This document shows, piece by piece, positions 1-10,211 of a DNA stretch of 64,000 nt; positions within the stretch are counted from its first letter, which is position 1, and each line of letters opens with the position of its first letter. A program made the translations under genes and the position numbers. Source of the stretch: an uncultured Acidobacteriota bacterium (lineage in GTDB: Bacteria; Acidobacteriota; Thermoanaerobaculia; Multivoradales; UBA5704); contig CAVYRF010000002.1 of NCBI GenBank assembly GCA_963770895.1, forward strand, positions 1,024,001 through 1,088,000, given 5' to 3'. The notes under the pieces are model-generated. The model worked only from the letters and a program-made list of their open reading frames with translations. It was not told the DNA's origin and ran no database searches.

Positions 1-598
1 CGGCCTGGATGTCCTTGTATTCGACCGCGACGCGGCGGAAGCAGTCCAGGAAGAGGCCGTCCGAAAGCTTCATGATGTTGGCCTTGTGCACCGCCGTGAC
101 GCGCTTGCGGCCGTGCCGCCGGGCGTATTCGAAGGCGAAGCGGGCGATGCGCGTGGAGGCCTTTTCGGTGATGATCTTGAGGCTTTCCACCACGCCGGGC
201 ACCACCACGTGCTCCAGGCCGCTGTACAGGTCCTCGGTGTTTTCGCGCACCACCACCAGGTCCACCCCTTCGAAGCGGTTGGGGATGCCGGGCAGCGACC
301 GCGCGGGCCGCAGGTTGGCGTACAGGTCGAGCTTCTGGCGCAGCTGCACGTTGATCGACTGGAAGCCACCGCCGACCTGGGTGGTGACCGGCCCCTTGAG
401 CGCCACCTTGGTGCGGCGGATGGAATCCATCACTTCGCCGGGCAGCGGGTCGCCGAAGCGCTTGAGCGCCTCGGTGCCCACGATGTGCGACTCAAATTCC
501 AGCTCAGCGCCGGCGGCTTCCAGCACCCGCACGGTGGCCGCCGCCACCTCGGTGCCGATGCCGTCGCCAGGAATCAAGGTGATCGTCGTCTTGCTCAT
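1..598 (-). CDS. Isocitrate/isopropylmalate dehydrogenase family, NAD-dependent IDH-like (runs off the window's left edge)
   Basis: Hand translation from ATG at 598: MSKTTITLIPGDGIGTEV...ALKGPVTT...LRQKLDLYANLRP...VVRENTEDLYSG...VTAVHKANIMKLSDGLFL. Purine-rich SD (GAGGAAG) upstream. Confidence 0.9.
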   Translation of the reverse strand, partial: MSKTTITLIPGDGIGTEVAAATVRVLEAAGAELEFESHIVGTEALKRFGDPLPGEVMDSIRRTKVALKGPVTTQVGGGFQSINVQLRQKLDLYANLRPARSLPGIPNRFEGVDLVVVRENTEDLYSGLEHVVVPGVVESLKIITEKASTRIARFAFEYARRHGRKRVTAVHKANIMKLSDGLFLDCFRRVAVEYKDIQA

Positions 599-748
599 GC
601 GTCTTCCTCTTTTTGCGCTAGTGTCCCGCCCGATTCATTCGCAAGGTATTCGCACTAGCCGGCGACGCCGCGGGGCGCCAAAGGCTATCATGGCCGCCCT
701 GCTAGAATCGCCCGCGAACGCGGTCCAACAGAGCGGAGAGCGCACGAC

Positions 749-1897
749 ATGCACGGTTCCCCGGAGTCCTCGCACCTGGCCGCCAAACCGATCCGTCCCC
801 GCCCGATCACCGGCCAGGAGACCGCCGCCGAGCTCATCCGCAACGCCTTCACCGCCTACAACGGCGCCCGGCTGCGCGAGGCGTGCGACCTGCTGGTGAC
901 GCGGATGCTGCAGCCGGAGGTGACCGTGGGGGTGAGCCTGTCCGGCGCCCTGACGCCGCCCGGTTACGGCACCTCGTGCCTGGTGCCGCTCATCGAAGCG
1001 GGCGCGATCGATTGGATGGTTTCGACCGGCGCCAACCTGTACCACGACACCCACCATGCGATCGGCCTCAAGCTCCACCCGGGCAGCCCGTTCTGGAACG
1101 ACGTCGAGCTGCGCGAGCAGGGCGTCGTGCGCATCTACGACATCGTGTTCGACTACTCGGTGCTGCTCGAAACCGACAAGTTCTACCGCCGCCTGCTGCG
1201 CACGCCGGAGTTCCAGGGGCCGATGTCGACGGCCGAATTCCATTACCGGGTGGGCCGCTACCTGGCGGCGATCGAAAAGCGGCTGGGGATCGAGGGCACC
1301 TCGCTGCTGGCCGCCGCCTATCGGCACGCGGTGCCCATCTTCACCTCGTCGCCGGGCGACAGCTCGATCGGCATGAACGTCGCGGCGCTGGCCCTGGAAG
1401 GCGGCAAGCTGACCTTCGACGTCAACCTGGACGTCAACCTGTCGGCCGGCATCGTCTGGCAGGCCAAGGAAGGCGGCGGCAAGAGCGCCTGCTGGATCCT
1501 GGGCGGCGGCAGCCCCAAGAACTTCATGCTGCAGACCGAACCACAGATCCAGGAAGTGCTGGGGCTGGCCGAAGCCGGGCACGACTACTTCCTGCAGGTG
1601 ACCGACGCCCGCCCCGACGTCGGCGGTCTGTCGGGGGCGACCCCCGCCGAGGCGGTGTCGTGGGGCAAGGTGGACCCGGACCGGCTGCCCGACGCCGTGG
1701 TGGTCTATTGCGACGCCACGGTCGTGCTGCCGCTGCTCACCCACTACGCCCTGGCGGCGGGAGCGCGCCGGCCGCCCAAGCGGCTGTACGAGCGGCTGCC
1801 GCACTTCCTGGAGCTGCTGGCGGCGGGCTTCAGCCAGACCCGCGAAGCGCGCAAGGACGAAGGGATGCTCGACGAGGACGGCGTGGCTCCCGCTTAG
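749..1897 (+). CDS. Deoxyhypusine synthase-like protein (probable homospermidine synthase)
   Basis: Motifs [27 protein letters not shown] and [16 protein letters not shown] (catalytic Lys motif) typical of the DHS family. Confidence 0.88.
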   Translation: MHGSPESSHLAAKPIRPRPITGQETAAELIRNAFTAYNGARLREACDLLVTRMLQPEVTVGVSLSGALTPPGYGTSCLVPLIEAGAIDWMVSTGANLYHDTHHAIGLKLHPGSPFWNDVELREQGVVRIYDIVFDYSVLLETDKFYRRLLRTPEFQGPMSTAEFHYRVGRYLAAIEKRLGIEGTSLLAAAYRHAVPIFTSSPGDSSIGMNVAALALEGGKLTFDVNLDVNLSAGIVWQAKEGGGKSACWILGGGSPKNFMLQTEPQIQEVLGLAEAGHDYFLQVTDARPDVGGLSGATPAEAVSWGKVDPDRLPDAVVVYCDATVVLPLLTHYALAAGARRPPKRLYERLPHFLELLAAGFSQTREARKDEGMLDEDGVAPA

Positions 1898-1900
1898 TGA

Positions 1901-4900
1901 TCAGTGAGGGTGCCCCAGCTCCTCGATCCTGGCCACCACGTCGCGATAGTTGGTGTTGATGCCGTAGACATCGACAAAGGTCTTGTACGCTCCGGCGTTG
2001 TCGCCCATCGCCAGGTAGGCGCACCCCATGTCGTACAGCAGGCCCAGGGTGTCCTCCTCGCTGATGCCTGAAGCTTCCATGCCGCGGCGATACCACTTGA
2101 TCGCCAGCTCGGGCAGCCCCTTGTCCAGGAAGCACAGGCCGAGCATCGAGCAGCAGGAGACCAGGTAGCGGGCATCCTTGGCGGAAACCTGGAACTCCCC
2201 GATCGCCTCGTCGAGCAGCCCCATCTCGCGGTAGGCGATGCCCAGGTTGAAGTGCGTGTCGTAGTCGGTCGGCGACAGGTGCTCCGCGACGCCGCGCTTG
2301 AACCCTTCGACGATCTCTTCGAGCGACTGCTCCTGCTGCACCAGCAGGTCTTCCCCCTGAAACACCGGCTCCTGCGACAGCTCCTGCTCGAGCTCGCCGG
2401 CGAGATCGAAGAAGTCCGCTTCGTCGTCGAACAGGCTGGCGGCGCGCGCCGCCAGGCGGTCCTTGCCGGAGTCGGCTTCGTCGAGCCAGCTCATGCCGGT
2501 GTCGTCCAGGGCGGCGCTGCCCGCGGCGTCGGCGGCAGGCGCATCGGCGGCGCCCACCGCCGCGGCCGGCACGGCGGCAGGGGGCGCCGATGACGGCGGC
2601 GGCGCCGACGGCGGTTCGCTCGCGCCGATCGCGCCAATCGCTGCCATCGCGCCGCTGGCGCCGGCGGCGGGGGCCGGGGCGGGCGGCGGCGGGGCGAAAC
2701 CCCCGGCCGGCGGCTGGCCCTGACCAAAGCCCGGCATCGGGCGGCCATCGTCCCAGTCGATCTCTTCGCTCTCGACCATGGCGCCGATCTCGAGCGGATT
2801 GAAAATCGGCAACCCGTCCCCGGCCGGCTCCGCTCCCGCCTCTGCCGATTGCTGGGGTTGCAGGGGCTGGAGGGGCTGCAACGGCGCCAGCTCGATTCCG
2901 TCGTCGTCCGCCAGCGCGCCCGCCGGCAGGCTGCCGTCGTGAGCCGGGCCGCCGGCGGCGAAACCGCCCGGCGCCATGGAGGCGGGGGCGTGCGGCGCGG
3001 CGGCCTCCCCGGCGCCCAGGAGCGCCGCGGCCTCGGCCAGGAAGGCCGCGGTCGGCTGCTGCGGGGCCGGCTCGCCCGCCGCCGCACCGGACGGGGCGGC
3101 GGCACCGGCGCCCGCGGCCGCGGGCGCGGCAGCCTGGGCCGGATCGGCGGCGACGTCGGCAATGCCGGCGATGTCGGCGACGCCGGAGCCAAGGGCAGGA
3201 GCCTCCGGCGCAGCCGGGGCGGCGGCGGCAGACGGCTTCGGCGGGCGCTTGGCGCGCGGCGCCATCAGGCTCTCCAGCATCTGCTCGAGGCCGGCGGCGG
3301 CCACCGCGCGCGGGCGCTGGCCCGGGCGGCCGGCGCCCGCGGCACCTGGCGGGGCAACCGGTGCCACCGGCGGGGCGGCAGCGGCGAGCGGCGGCGCCAC
3401 CTCGTCGGGAACCACCGCTGCGGCTGGCGGTGCCGCCGGGGACGGCGCCGCGGCGGCCTGGCTGTCGGCCGCCGCGGCGGATCGCGGCGAGGCGGCCACG
3501 CGATCGCCGTCGATGCGATAGCCGGCGGCCAGCAGCCGCTTGCGCAGCTTGGGCCAGGTCTCGCGGTCGGAGGACTGGGCGGTGAGCTCCGCCACCTGGT
3601 TGGCCAGCTCGATCACCCGTCCGTGGCGGCCCTTGTCGAGCTGCAGCTGGATGAGCAGCAGGTAGGCCGCGACGTGGCGCGGCTTGATGCGAATGGCGTC
3701 GCGCAGCCGCTCCGCCGCTTTCTCTTCGAGGCCGTACTTTGCCAACACCTCGGCTTCGGACACCAGGTCTTCGTAGCGCTCCGTGGTCTGCGGCAGCAGC
3801 TCCGCCGCCGTGCGCTCCAGCAGATCGGAGTCGATCTCGATCGCTGGCGACGCAAACGGCGGCTCGCCGGCCGCCGCCGGCGTCATGGCAGCCTGCTCGC
3901 CCGTATCGCCCGTATCGCCCGCATCGCCCGCCATCGGCGACAGCGCCTGCTCCATATCCTCCGGCAGCGGCGACAGGAGCTGTCCGGACGGCGGCGGGCC
4001 GGCCGCGACCGGGCCGGGGCCTGCGGCCGGCGCCGGCAGGTCGAACGCGTCGGGCGCCATCGAGCCGAACGGCGAGGCCGCCACGTCCAGGTCCGCCAGG
4101 TCCGGCAGGTCGCCCAGGTCGGGCAGCTCCAGCAAGCTGAAATCCGCGTCGGCATCCGCCGCCGGCAGGGAACCGCCGTGCGCGGGCGCGCCGGCCGCCG
4201 CCGCTGGCGCCGGGTGGGCACCTGCTGCCCCTTCGAGCCCGGCGGCCGAGGGCCGCGGCGCCGGCGCCTTGGGCGTCGCGGCCGGCGGCGGTGCGGCGGC
4301 GGCAGGGGTGGCGCCCTGTGCCCACGACGGGCGGCGCGGCTCCCGCAGCATGTCCGGCGGCGGTTTGACCAGGCTGGCCGGCTCTTCGTCGTCCTCGATG
4401 TCGAGCACGAACACGTCGTCGAGGTCCGCCGCGCCGTGATCCGCCGCCGCGCCGGCACCCTGGGTCTCCCCGGCCCGAGCGCCGGCGCCGTAGGCGTCCG
4501 CGTCCCGTGCATCGACCGGCTGCCCGGCGTGAGGGGCATCGCCGCCGGGACGGCGCGTGTACGGCAGCGACGGCGGCGCCGCCTCTTCGTCGATTTCAAA
4601 CGCCGCGTCCAGAGCGCTGTCGGCCGCCAGGCCGCCCACCGCGGAGTACGAGTCGTCGGATGCCAGAGGCGGCAGGCTGCTGCCGGCAGGCGACGCACCC
4701 AACTCTTCGTCGAGGATCAGGTCGGCGCCCAGGTCGATCTCGATCTCCTCGAAATCGACGTCCATGTCGGCGCCGTCCAGGCCGGGCATCGCGGCGGCCC
4801 CCGCCATGGCCGCGGGCGCCGGCAGCGCGCTGTCCTGTTCCTCGAAGCGGGAGTCGTGATCGACGTAGGCGCGTGCGTCGCGGCCCGGCGGCGGGGGGGC

Positions 4901-5818
4901 GGCGGGGGCCGCGGCGGGGGCCGGCGGCGGCGCCGCCGCCGGCGACCGGGACGGCCGCGGCGCCTGACGCACCGCCGTTTCGTCGCCCGGCTGGCGCTGA
5001 GGCTCCGGCGGCGCGGCCGGTGCCGCGGGCTGCAGCACCGGCGCACCGGCGGCAGCGACGCCCGAGTAGGTGCCGCCCAGGCCGGCGGCGCCGCCGACCA
5101 GCCGCGCAACCTGCAGGGCCTGGGGATTGCGCTCCACCGCCGCCGCCAGGAAGCGGGCCGCGACCGCCGGCCCCGCGGCGGTCTTCAGCTTGAGCGCGGC
5201 GTCGCTGATGAAGCCGAGGTTGCTGCTGTCGATGGCGAGCGCGCGCTCGTAGACCTGGCCGGCCTCCTGCGGGTGGCCGTGCTCGATCATCAGCTCGGCG
5301 ATGATGCGGTACTCGCCCATCGCCTTGTCGATGAGCTGCTGCTGCTGGTACAGCTCGGCGAGCTTGACGTGATAGGTCGGGTTGTTGGGCTCCAGCTCGG
5401 CCATCTTCTGGTAGATGGCGATGGTCGAGGTGGCGTTCTCGTGCTTTTGGTAGTAGTCCGCCAGAACCTGGTACTGGGTGCGCGCTTCGGTCACCAACCC
5501 CTGACGGTGGTAGAGCTCCGCCAGGCTCTCGTAGACGTCCAGCCGCGTCGGATCCAGCTTGATGATCTTCTTGTAGATGGCGATGGCCTTGACGAAAAAG
5601 CCCTCGCCCGCGTATTGCTCGGCGATCTGGTTGAAGAAGTCGACCGCTTCGTCGATCCGCTGAATCCGCGCGTACAGGTCGCCGACGCGGTTGAGCGTAT
5701 TGATGTCGTTGGGGTTCTCCTCCAGGAGCTTGCGGTACTCCCGGATCGCCGGCTCGATCTTGCCGCGCGCCACGTACTTTTCGGCGGTCTGCACCACCTG
5801 CTCGCGCTTGACCGCCAT
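1901..5818 (-). CDS. Large TPR protein (N-terminal TPRs, long Ala/Pro/acidic linker, C-terminal TPRs); SgmX/FimV-like architecture
   Basis: Start MAVKREQVVQ overlaps the rnhB stop (ATGA). TPR-like repeats such as AIREYRKLLEENPND and AIAIYKKIIKLDP. C-terminal DYDTHFNLGIAYREMGLLDEAIGEFQ. Confidence 0.75.
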   Translation of the reverse strand: MAVKREQVVQTAEKYVARGKIEPAIREYRKLLEENPNDINTLNRVGDLYARIQRIDEAVDFFNQIAEQYAGEGFFVKAIAIYKKIIKLDPTRLDVYESLAELYHRQGLVTEARTQYQVLADYYQKHENATSTIAIYQKMAELEPNNPTYHVKLAELYQQQQLIDKAMGEYRIIAELMIEHGHPQEAGQVYERALAIDSSNLGFISDAALKLKTAAGPAVAARFLAAAVERNPQALQVARLVGGAAGLGGTYSGVAAAGAPVLQPAAPAAPPEPQRQPGDETAVRQAPRPSRSPAAAPPPAPAAAPAAPPPPGRDARAYVDHDSRFEEQDSALPAPAAMAGAAAMPGLDGADMDVDFEEIEIDLGADLILDEELGASPAGSSLPPLASDDSYSAVGGLAADSALDAAFEIDEEAAPPSLPYTRRPGGDAPHAGQPVDARDADAYGAGARAGETQGAGAAADHGAADLDDVFVLDIEDDEEPASLVKPPPDMLREPRRPSWAQGATPAAAAPPPAATPKAPAPRPSAAGLEGAAGAHPAPAAAAGAPAHGGSLPAADADADFSLLELPDLGDLPDLADLDVAASPFGSMAPDAFDLPAPAAGPGPVAAGPPPSGQLLSPLPEDMEQALSPMAGDAGDTGDTGEQAAMTPAAAGEPPFASPAIEIDSDLLERTAAELLPQTTERYEDLVSEAEVLAKYGLEEKAAERLRDAIRIKPRHVAAYLLLIQLQLDKGRHGRVIELANQVAELTAQSSDRETWPKLRKRLLAAGYRIDGDRVAASPRSAAAADSQAAAAPSPAAPPAAAVVPDEVAPPLAAAAPPVAPVAPPGAAGAGRPGQRPRAVAAAGLEQMLESLMAPRAKRPPKPSAAAAPAAPEAPALGSGVADIAGIADVAADPAQAAAPAAAGAGAAAPSGAAAGEPAPQQPTAAFLAEAAALLGAGEAAAPHAPASMAPGGFAAGGPAHDGSLPAGALADDDGIELAPLQPLQPLQPQQSAEAGAEPAGDGLPIFNPLEIGAMVESEEIDWDDGRPMPGFGQGQPPAGGFAPPPPAPAPAAGASGAMAAIGAIGASEPPSAPPPSSAPPAAVPAAAVGAADAPAADAAGSAALDDTGMSWLDEADSGKDRLAARAASLFDDEADFFDLAGELEQELSQEPVFQGEDLLVQQEQSLEEIVEGFKRGVAEHLSPTDYDTHFNLGIAYREMGLLDEAIGEFQVSAKDARYLVSCCSMLGLCFLDKGLPELAIKWYRRGMEASGISEEDTLGLLYDMGCAYLAMGDNAGAYKTFVDVYGINTNYRDVVARIEELGHPH

Positions 5819-6660
5819 CAGGTTCTCCCCTGCCGGGCGCGCGCCTGGCGGCGCGGCATCACCGGCCCGAACGTCAGGCGGTGCTCGGGGCATGGGCCGT
5901 AGGCCGCCAGGGCCTGCAGGTGCTCGGGCACGCCGTAGCCCTTGTGCGCGGCGAAGCCGTACTGCGGATAGCGCCGGTCCAGGTCTCCCATCAGCCGGTC
6001 GCGCTCCACTTTAGCCAGAATGGAAGCACATGCAACAGCGTAGCTTATGGCGTCGCCGCGCACCATCGGCAGGCAGGGAAAAGTCAGCCCGCGCACCGCG
6101 ACGGCATCCACCACCGCGCAGTCGGGCGCCGGCGCCAGGCCGGCCAGGGCTTGAAACATCGCCAGCCGGGAGGCTTCCAGGATATTCACCCGGTCGATCA
6201 CATCAGCACCTACGCTCGCCACGGTGAATCCGATGCAACGGGCGCGGATGGCGGCCGCCAGCCGCTCTCGCTCGGGACGGGGGACGCACTTGCTGTCGTC
6301 GACCCCGGGCAGCAGGCAGCCGCGCCCCAGGATCACCGCGGCCGCCACCACCGGACCGGCCAGCGCGCCGCGCCCCGCCTCGTCGGTGCCGGCGATGCGC
6401 ACGAAGCCGTAATGCTCCAGATGGTCTTCCAGCGACCGCAGGAGGCGCAGGCGGTAGACTTCGGCGAACAGATCCGGCAGGCGAGCCGGCGCCGGTGCCG
6501 GTTGGGCCGGCGACGGCGCTGTCGCCGCACGGTCTGACGCCGCGGCAGCCCGCTCGGCGCTGGAGCGAGGACGCACCACTCGCGTCGGGCGCGTCGGGGG
6601 GTTTGGAGGCGCCGATGCCACCTTACCCGCCGATGCCGCCCTGCTCACCGGCCGTCCCAT
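5818..6660 (-). CDS. rnhB: Ribonuclease HII with N-terminal low-complexity extension
   Basis: IAGTDEAGRGALAGPVVAAAV, DDSK, ASILAKVERD, HKGYG motifs; follows rplS. Confidence 0.93.
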   Translation of the reverse strand: MGRPVSRAASAGKVASAPPNPPTRPTRVVRPRSSAERAAAASDRAATAPSPAQPAPAPARLPDLFAEVYRLRLLRSLEDHLEHYGFVRIAGTDEAGRGALAGPVVAAAVILGRGCLLPGVDDSKCVPRPERERLAAAIRARCIGFTVASVGADVIDRVNILEASRLAMFQALAGLAPAPDCAVVDAVAVRGLTFPCLPMVRGDAISYAVACASILAKVERDRLMGDLDRRYPQYGFAAHKGYGVPEHLQALAAYGPCPEHRLTFGPVMPRRQARARQGRT

Positions 6661-6704
6661 CGTGAAGCTCTCCCCGACCCCCTTTCAACCGGCGGTGCCG
6701 GCGC

Positions 6705-7064
6705 TCAGGCGGTCGGCTGGTCGTCGCGGCGCTCCTCGATGCGGGCCGCCTTGCCGCGCAGAGAGCGGAGGAAATAGAGCTTGGCGCGCCGCACCTTGCC
6801 GTGCCGGATCACCTCGATCCGGTTGATCGACGGCGAATGCAGCGGAAAGATCCGTTCGACGCCGATGCCGCCCGAAACCTTGCGCACGGTGAAGGTTTCG
6901 CGGGTGCCGCCGCCGCGCCGGGCGATCACCACCCCCTGGAACACCTGGATGCGCTCCTTGTCGCCTTCGACGACGCGCACGTGGACGCGGACCGTATCGC
7001 CGGCGCGGAACTCCGGCTGCTCCTTGTGTATGTAAAGGCTTTCCACCTGATGCAGCTGATTCAT
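6705..7064 (-). CDS. rplS: 50S ribosomal protein L19
   Basis: [26 protein letters not shown]...[11 protein letters not shown]...[12 protein letters not shown]. Confidence 0.98.
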   Translation of the reverse strand: MNQLHQVESLYIHKEQPEFRAGDTVRVHVRVVEGDKERIQVFQGVVIARRGGGTRETFTVRKVSGGIGVERIFPLHSPSINRIEVIRHGKVRRAKLYFLRSLRGKAARIEERRDDQPTA

Positions 7065-7170
7065 CAGACCACCTCTTCATCCTTCATCAAAAGTCCGGCG
7101 CCCCTTGCCTGGGAACAAGTCCGGCCATTATTGCCAACTTGGACGCCGGCGCGCAAGCGCCGCCGCCCCG

Positions 7171-7938
7171 TCAGGACTGCTTCGCCAACAGATCCGGCCG
7201 CTTGGCGCGCGTCGCCGCCAGCGCCTGCTCGCGGCGCCAGCGCTCGATCGCCGCATGGTCGCCGGACAGCAGCACCGGCGGCACCGCCATCCCTTCCACC
7301 AGCGGCGGCCGGGTGTAATGGGGGTAGTCCAGCAGGCCGGCGCGAAAGCTGTCCGCCGCCACCGAATCGGCCAATCCCACCACCCCCGGAACCTGCCGCG
7401 ACAGAGCTTCGATCAGCACCATGGCGGGCAGCTCGCCGCCCGACAGCACGTAGTCGCCGATCGAGATCTCTTCGTCCACCACGCTCAGCCGCACCCGCTC
7501 GTCGATCCCTTCGTAGCGGCCGCAGAGCAGGACCAGGTGGTCGCGCCCGGCCAGCTGGCGCACCTTGCCGTCGTCCAGCCGCACCCCCTGCGGCGACAGC
7601 AGCACCCGCCACGCGGCAGCCGCCTGAGCCGACGCGGTGTCGCTTCCTGCCCCGGCGCTGCTTGCGGCCGCCCTATCGCTTCCGGCCGCGACGCCGCCCG
7701 CGTCCGGCGGATCGGCCAGGGCGCGCACCGCGCGGATCCAGGGCGGCGCCGTCATCACCATGCCGCCGCCGCCGCCGTAGGGCTCGTCGTCCACGCTGCG
7801 GTGCCGATCGGCGGTGAACTCGCGCAGATCGCGCACCTCGATGCGCAGCAGCCCCCTGGCCACCGCCCGACCCACCAGGCTGGTGGCGAGAAAGGGCGCG
7901 AACAGCTCGGGAAAGATGGTCAGGACCTGGATGCGCAC
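7171..7938 (-). CDS. trmD: tRNA (guanine-N1)-methyltransferase
   Basis: GTG start ([12 protein letters not shown]); [46 protein letters not shown]. Confidence 0.96.
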   Translation of the reverse strand: MRIQVLTIFPELFAPFLATSLVGRAVARGLLRIEVRDLREFTADRHRSVDDEPYGGGGGMVMTAPPWIRAVRALADPPDAGGVAAGSDRAAASSAGAGSDTASAQAAAAWRVLLSPQGVRLDDGKVRQLAGRDHLVLLCGRYEGIDERVRLSVVDEEISIGDYVLSGGELPAMVLIEALSRQVPGVVGLADSVAADSFRAGLLDYPHYTRPPLVEGMAVPPVLLSGDHAAIERWRREQALAATRAKRPDLLAKQS

Positions 7939-8516
7939 GCCTCGATCAACCCCGGCGGCAGATCCAATTCGATCCTGCCGCTCGCCACGTCGATTGCCAG
8001 CAGGAACCGGGTCGCGAACGGCACCGGCACCTTCCGGTCGCCATCCGAGACGATCAGCAGCAGGCCGCCGCCGTCTTCCACCACCTCCACCACGGCGCCC
8101 AGCTCCACGCCCGCGACGACGCACCGGCAGCCCACCAGCTCGTAGTGGTAGTACTCGCCCGCCGGCGCCGGCGGCACCTGCGATCGCTCCACCTCCAGCC
8201 AGGCGCCGCGCAGCGATTCCGCCCCGTCGCGGTCGTCGATGCCGGCGAACCGCAACCGCGCCATGGTCCGGCGCCCGGTGACGGGACCCGGCCTGGCCGG
8301 CGGCTCGGTACCGCGCGCCGCCACCACCACGGGCACCGGCGGCTCACCTTCGCGCACCAGCAGGAGGGAGTTACCCGGATCGAGGCGCCCCGGCACGTCG
8401 CTCAGGACTTCCACCGCGACCTCGCCGCGCAGCCCGTGAGGGCGCAGGACGCGGCCGACGGTCACCGTCTGTGGAAGGTCGCCGCGGCCCTCAGTCTTCG
8501 AGGATTTCAAGCTCAT
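7920..8516 (-). CDS. rimM: 16S rRNA processing protein RimM
   Basis: [28 protein letters not shown]; canonical operon position. Start approximate. Confidence 0.92.
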   Translation of the reverse strand: MSLKSSKTEGRGDLPQTVTVGRVLRPHGLRGEVAVEVLSDVPGRLDPGNSLLLVREGEPPVPVVVAARGTEPPARPGPVTGRRTMARLRFAGIDDRDGAESLRGAWLEVERSQVPPAPAGEYYHYELVGCRCVVAGVELGAVVEVVEDGGGLLLIVSDGDRKVPVPFATRFLLAIDVASGRIELDLPPGLIEACASRS

Positions 8517-8748
8517 ACCGCTCGCCACGCCGGTCGCCCCGCGTTTCAAGCAGCGTGCGCACGGCGCGGGCGGTGCGACCCTGGCGGCCGATCACCTTGC
8601 CCAGGTCGTCCGGCGCCACGCGCAGCTCCAAAACCGAGCCGTGATCGCGCCGCGCCGCCCCCGACTCCAGCTCCGAGACCGCCACCGCATCCGCATCGTC
8701 CACCAGCAGACGCGCCAGATCGCGGAGATCGTCGGCCAGCTCAGGCAT
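8491..8748 (-). CDS. khpA: KH-domain RNA-binding protein (KhpA/YlqC)
   Basis: LELRVAPDDLGKVIGRQGRTARAVRTLL (GxxG KH loop); lies between rpsP and rimM. Confidence 0.9.
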   Translation of the reverse strand: MPELADDLRDLARLLVDDADAVAVSELESGAARRDHGSVLELRVAPDDLGKVIGRQGRTARAVRTLLETRGDRRGERYELEILED

Positions 8749-9049
8749 TGGCTTCGGGCTTTGCCTGCCGCTTGGCGCGCGCCGGCTTGGCCGCCGCGGC
8801 CGGCACCGCAGGCGCGGCCTTGGCGCCGTCCACCAGCCGCTTGACCGTCGGCGACAGCTGCGCCCCCTTGGCGATCCAATGATGGATCCGCTCGGAGTTA
8901 AGGCGCACCTCGGCCGGATTGGTGGTCGGATTGTAGTGCCCCAGCTCCTCGACCGCCGAAGCGGTGGGGACGTTGCGCGAATCCGACACCACCACGCGAT
9001 AGAAGGGGCTGTGCCGAGCGCCCATACGGCGCAGGCGAATCTTCAACAT
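8741..9049 (-). CDS. rpsP: 30S ribosomal protein S16
   Basis: MLKIRLRRMGARHSPFYRVVVSDSR...ELGHYNP...GAQLSPTV. Confidence 0.97.
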   Translation of the reverse strand: MLKIRLRRMGARHSPFYRVVVSDSRNVPTASAVEELGHYNPTTNPAEVRLNSERIHHWIAKGAQLSPTVKRLVDGAKAAPAVPAAAAKPARAKRQAKPEANA

Positions 9050-9364
9050 TTCTTCGAGCCTCACGTTCAGGTCACTGGAAGGGACCGCGGCCAGGCGCGC
9101 CGAACCAATCCGCATCCCGGCCGCCCCCGCACCCGCAAAGACGGGCGAGTCTAGCAGATCCAGCAATCCTCCGCCAACTGCGCCGGGCCGCGAAGGAAAA
9201 ACGAACCCGCGGAGAAGGTGCGCCAAGGACAGGCGTCGCGCCAGGGTCTAGCCTGCCTGTACCGTGCCGTCCGACCCGACGGCGGCAAACCCGGTGCCGG
9301 CGGCGCGCAGCTTCCGGCCCAAGCGCGGTGACGTCCGCGGCGACGCTCGCCACAAGGAGAGCTC

Positions 9365-10159
9365 ATGCACCTGAACTCCGCTTCCCGATCCCTCTTGCTG
9401 GCCGTTGCCGTCCTGGCTGCCGGCGCCTGCCAGAAGACGCCGCCGGCGCCCGCCGCGACCGGCTCGCCATCCGGCGCCACCTCGACCACGACGACCACGG
9501 CGACCGCCACGAGCGGCGCGGCGACCGCTGCGACGGCACCGGCTGCCCAGATTCCCAGGGCACAGGTCTGCTCGCTGCTCTCCGCCGCGGACGTCGGCGC
9601 GATCATGGGCAAGACGCTGGTCCAAAGCCCCGACAACTGCTCCTACGGCCTGGACCCCAGCGCCAAGGAAGCGGCGCTGGCCAAGACCCAGCAGGCGTGG
9701 GACGCCGCCGCCAAGGGGGGCAACCCAGGCGCCATGCTGCCTGGCATGCAAAAGGTTGGAAGGCAGCAGCAGCAGACCGGCGCCGTCATGATGGACCAGA
9801 TGGAAGTCTCGGTAGACGCCCATCGCGACGATCAGACCGAAGAGGCCGTCAAGGAGCTGTATGCCAAGACCGGCAAGGTCGTGCACGGCACCCTGGCACC
9901 CGAGCAGCACGGTCTCAACGGCTTCATCGAAGGGATGACCGAGGTGAGCGGCGTGGGCGATTGGGCGTTCGCCACCAATATCGCATCGGTCAACATGGGG
10001 ATGGGCTTCACCATCCGCGGCCGCATCCTGGAGGCGCGCAAGGGACCCTGGCACGTCACAGTTTCCGCCACGGTGTCGCCCGACCCTGGCGTCACCACGC
10101 TCGACGACCAGATGGCCAGGGTGGCGCGCGCCCTGATCGCCAAGCTCGAGCAGAGCTGA
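9365..10159 (+). CDS. Putative lipoprotein (DUF3558-like signature)
   Basis: SD AAGGAGA; lipobox LAAGAC; Thr/Ala linker; CSLLSAADVGAIMG...CSY...SGVGDWAF. Confidence 0.6.
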   Translation: MHLNSASRSLLLAVAVLAAGACQKTPPAPAATGSPSGATSTTTTTATATSGAATAATAPAAQIPRAQVCSLLSAADVGAIMGKTLVQSPDNCSYGLDPSAKEAALAKTQQAWDAAAKGGNPGAMLPGMQKVGRQQQQTGAVMMDQMEVSVDAHRDDQTEEAVKELYAKTGKVVHGTLAPEQHGLNGFIEGMTEVSGVGDWAFATNIASVNMGMGFTIRGRILEARKGPWHVTVSATVSPDPGVTTLDDQMARVARALIAKLEQS

Positions 10160-10211
10160 CCGCCGCGCCGGCGACGGCGGCGACGACCTGTGGACCTGCG
10201 AGCCTGCGGCC

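Noticed and set aside
2849-5902. Very long alternative-frame or antisense ORFs (2849-5902, 11539-15966, 41320-44829, 46255-48828 and others)
   Set aside because: Arg/Gly/Ala-rich shadows of real genes, expected from stop-codon scarcity at high GC; no motifs.
9281-9352. GGCAAACC...GCAGCTTCCGGCCCAAG in the lipoprotein leader resembles a c-di-GMP-I riboswitch
   Set aside because: It lacks the GNRA tetraloop, the GCAAAGC junction and a convincing P1/P3 3' strand. An Infernal scan with the Rfam c-di-GMP-I model would decide.
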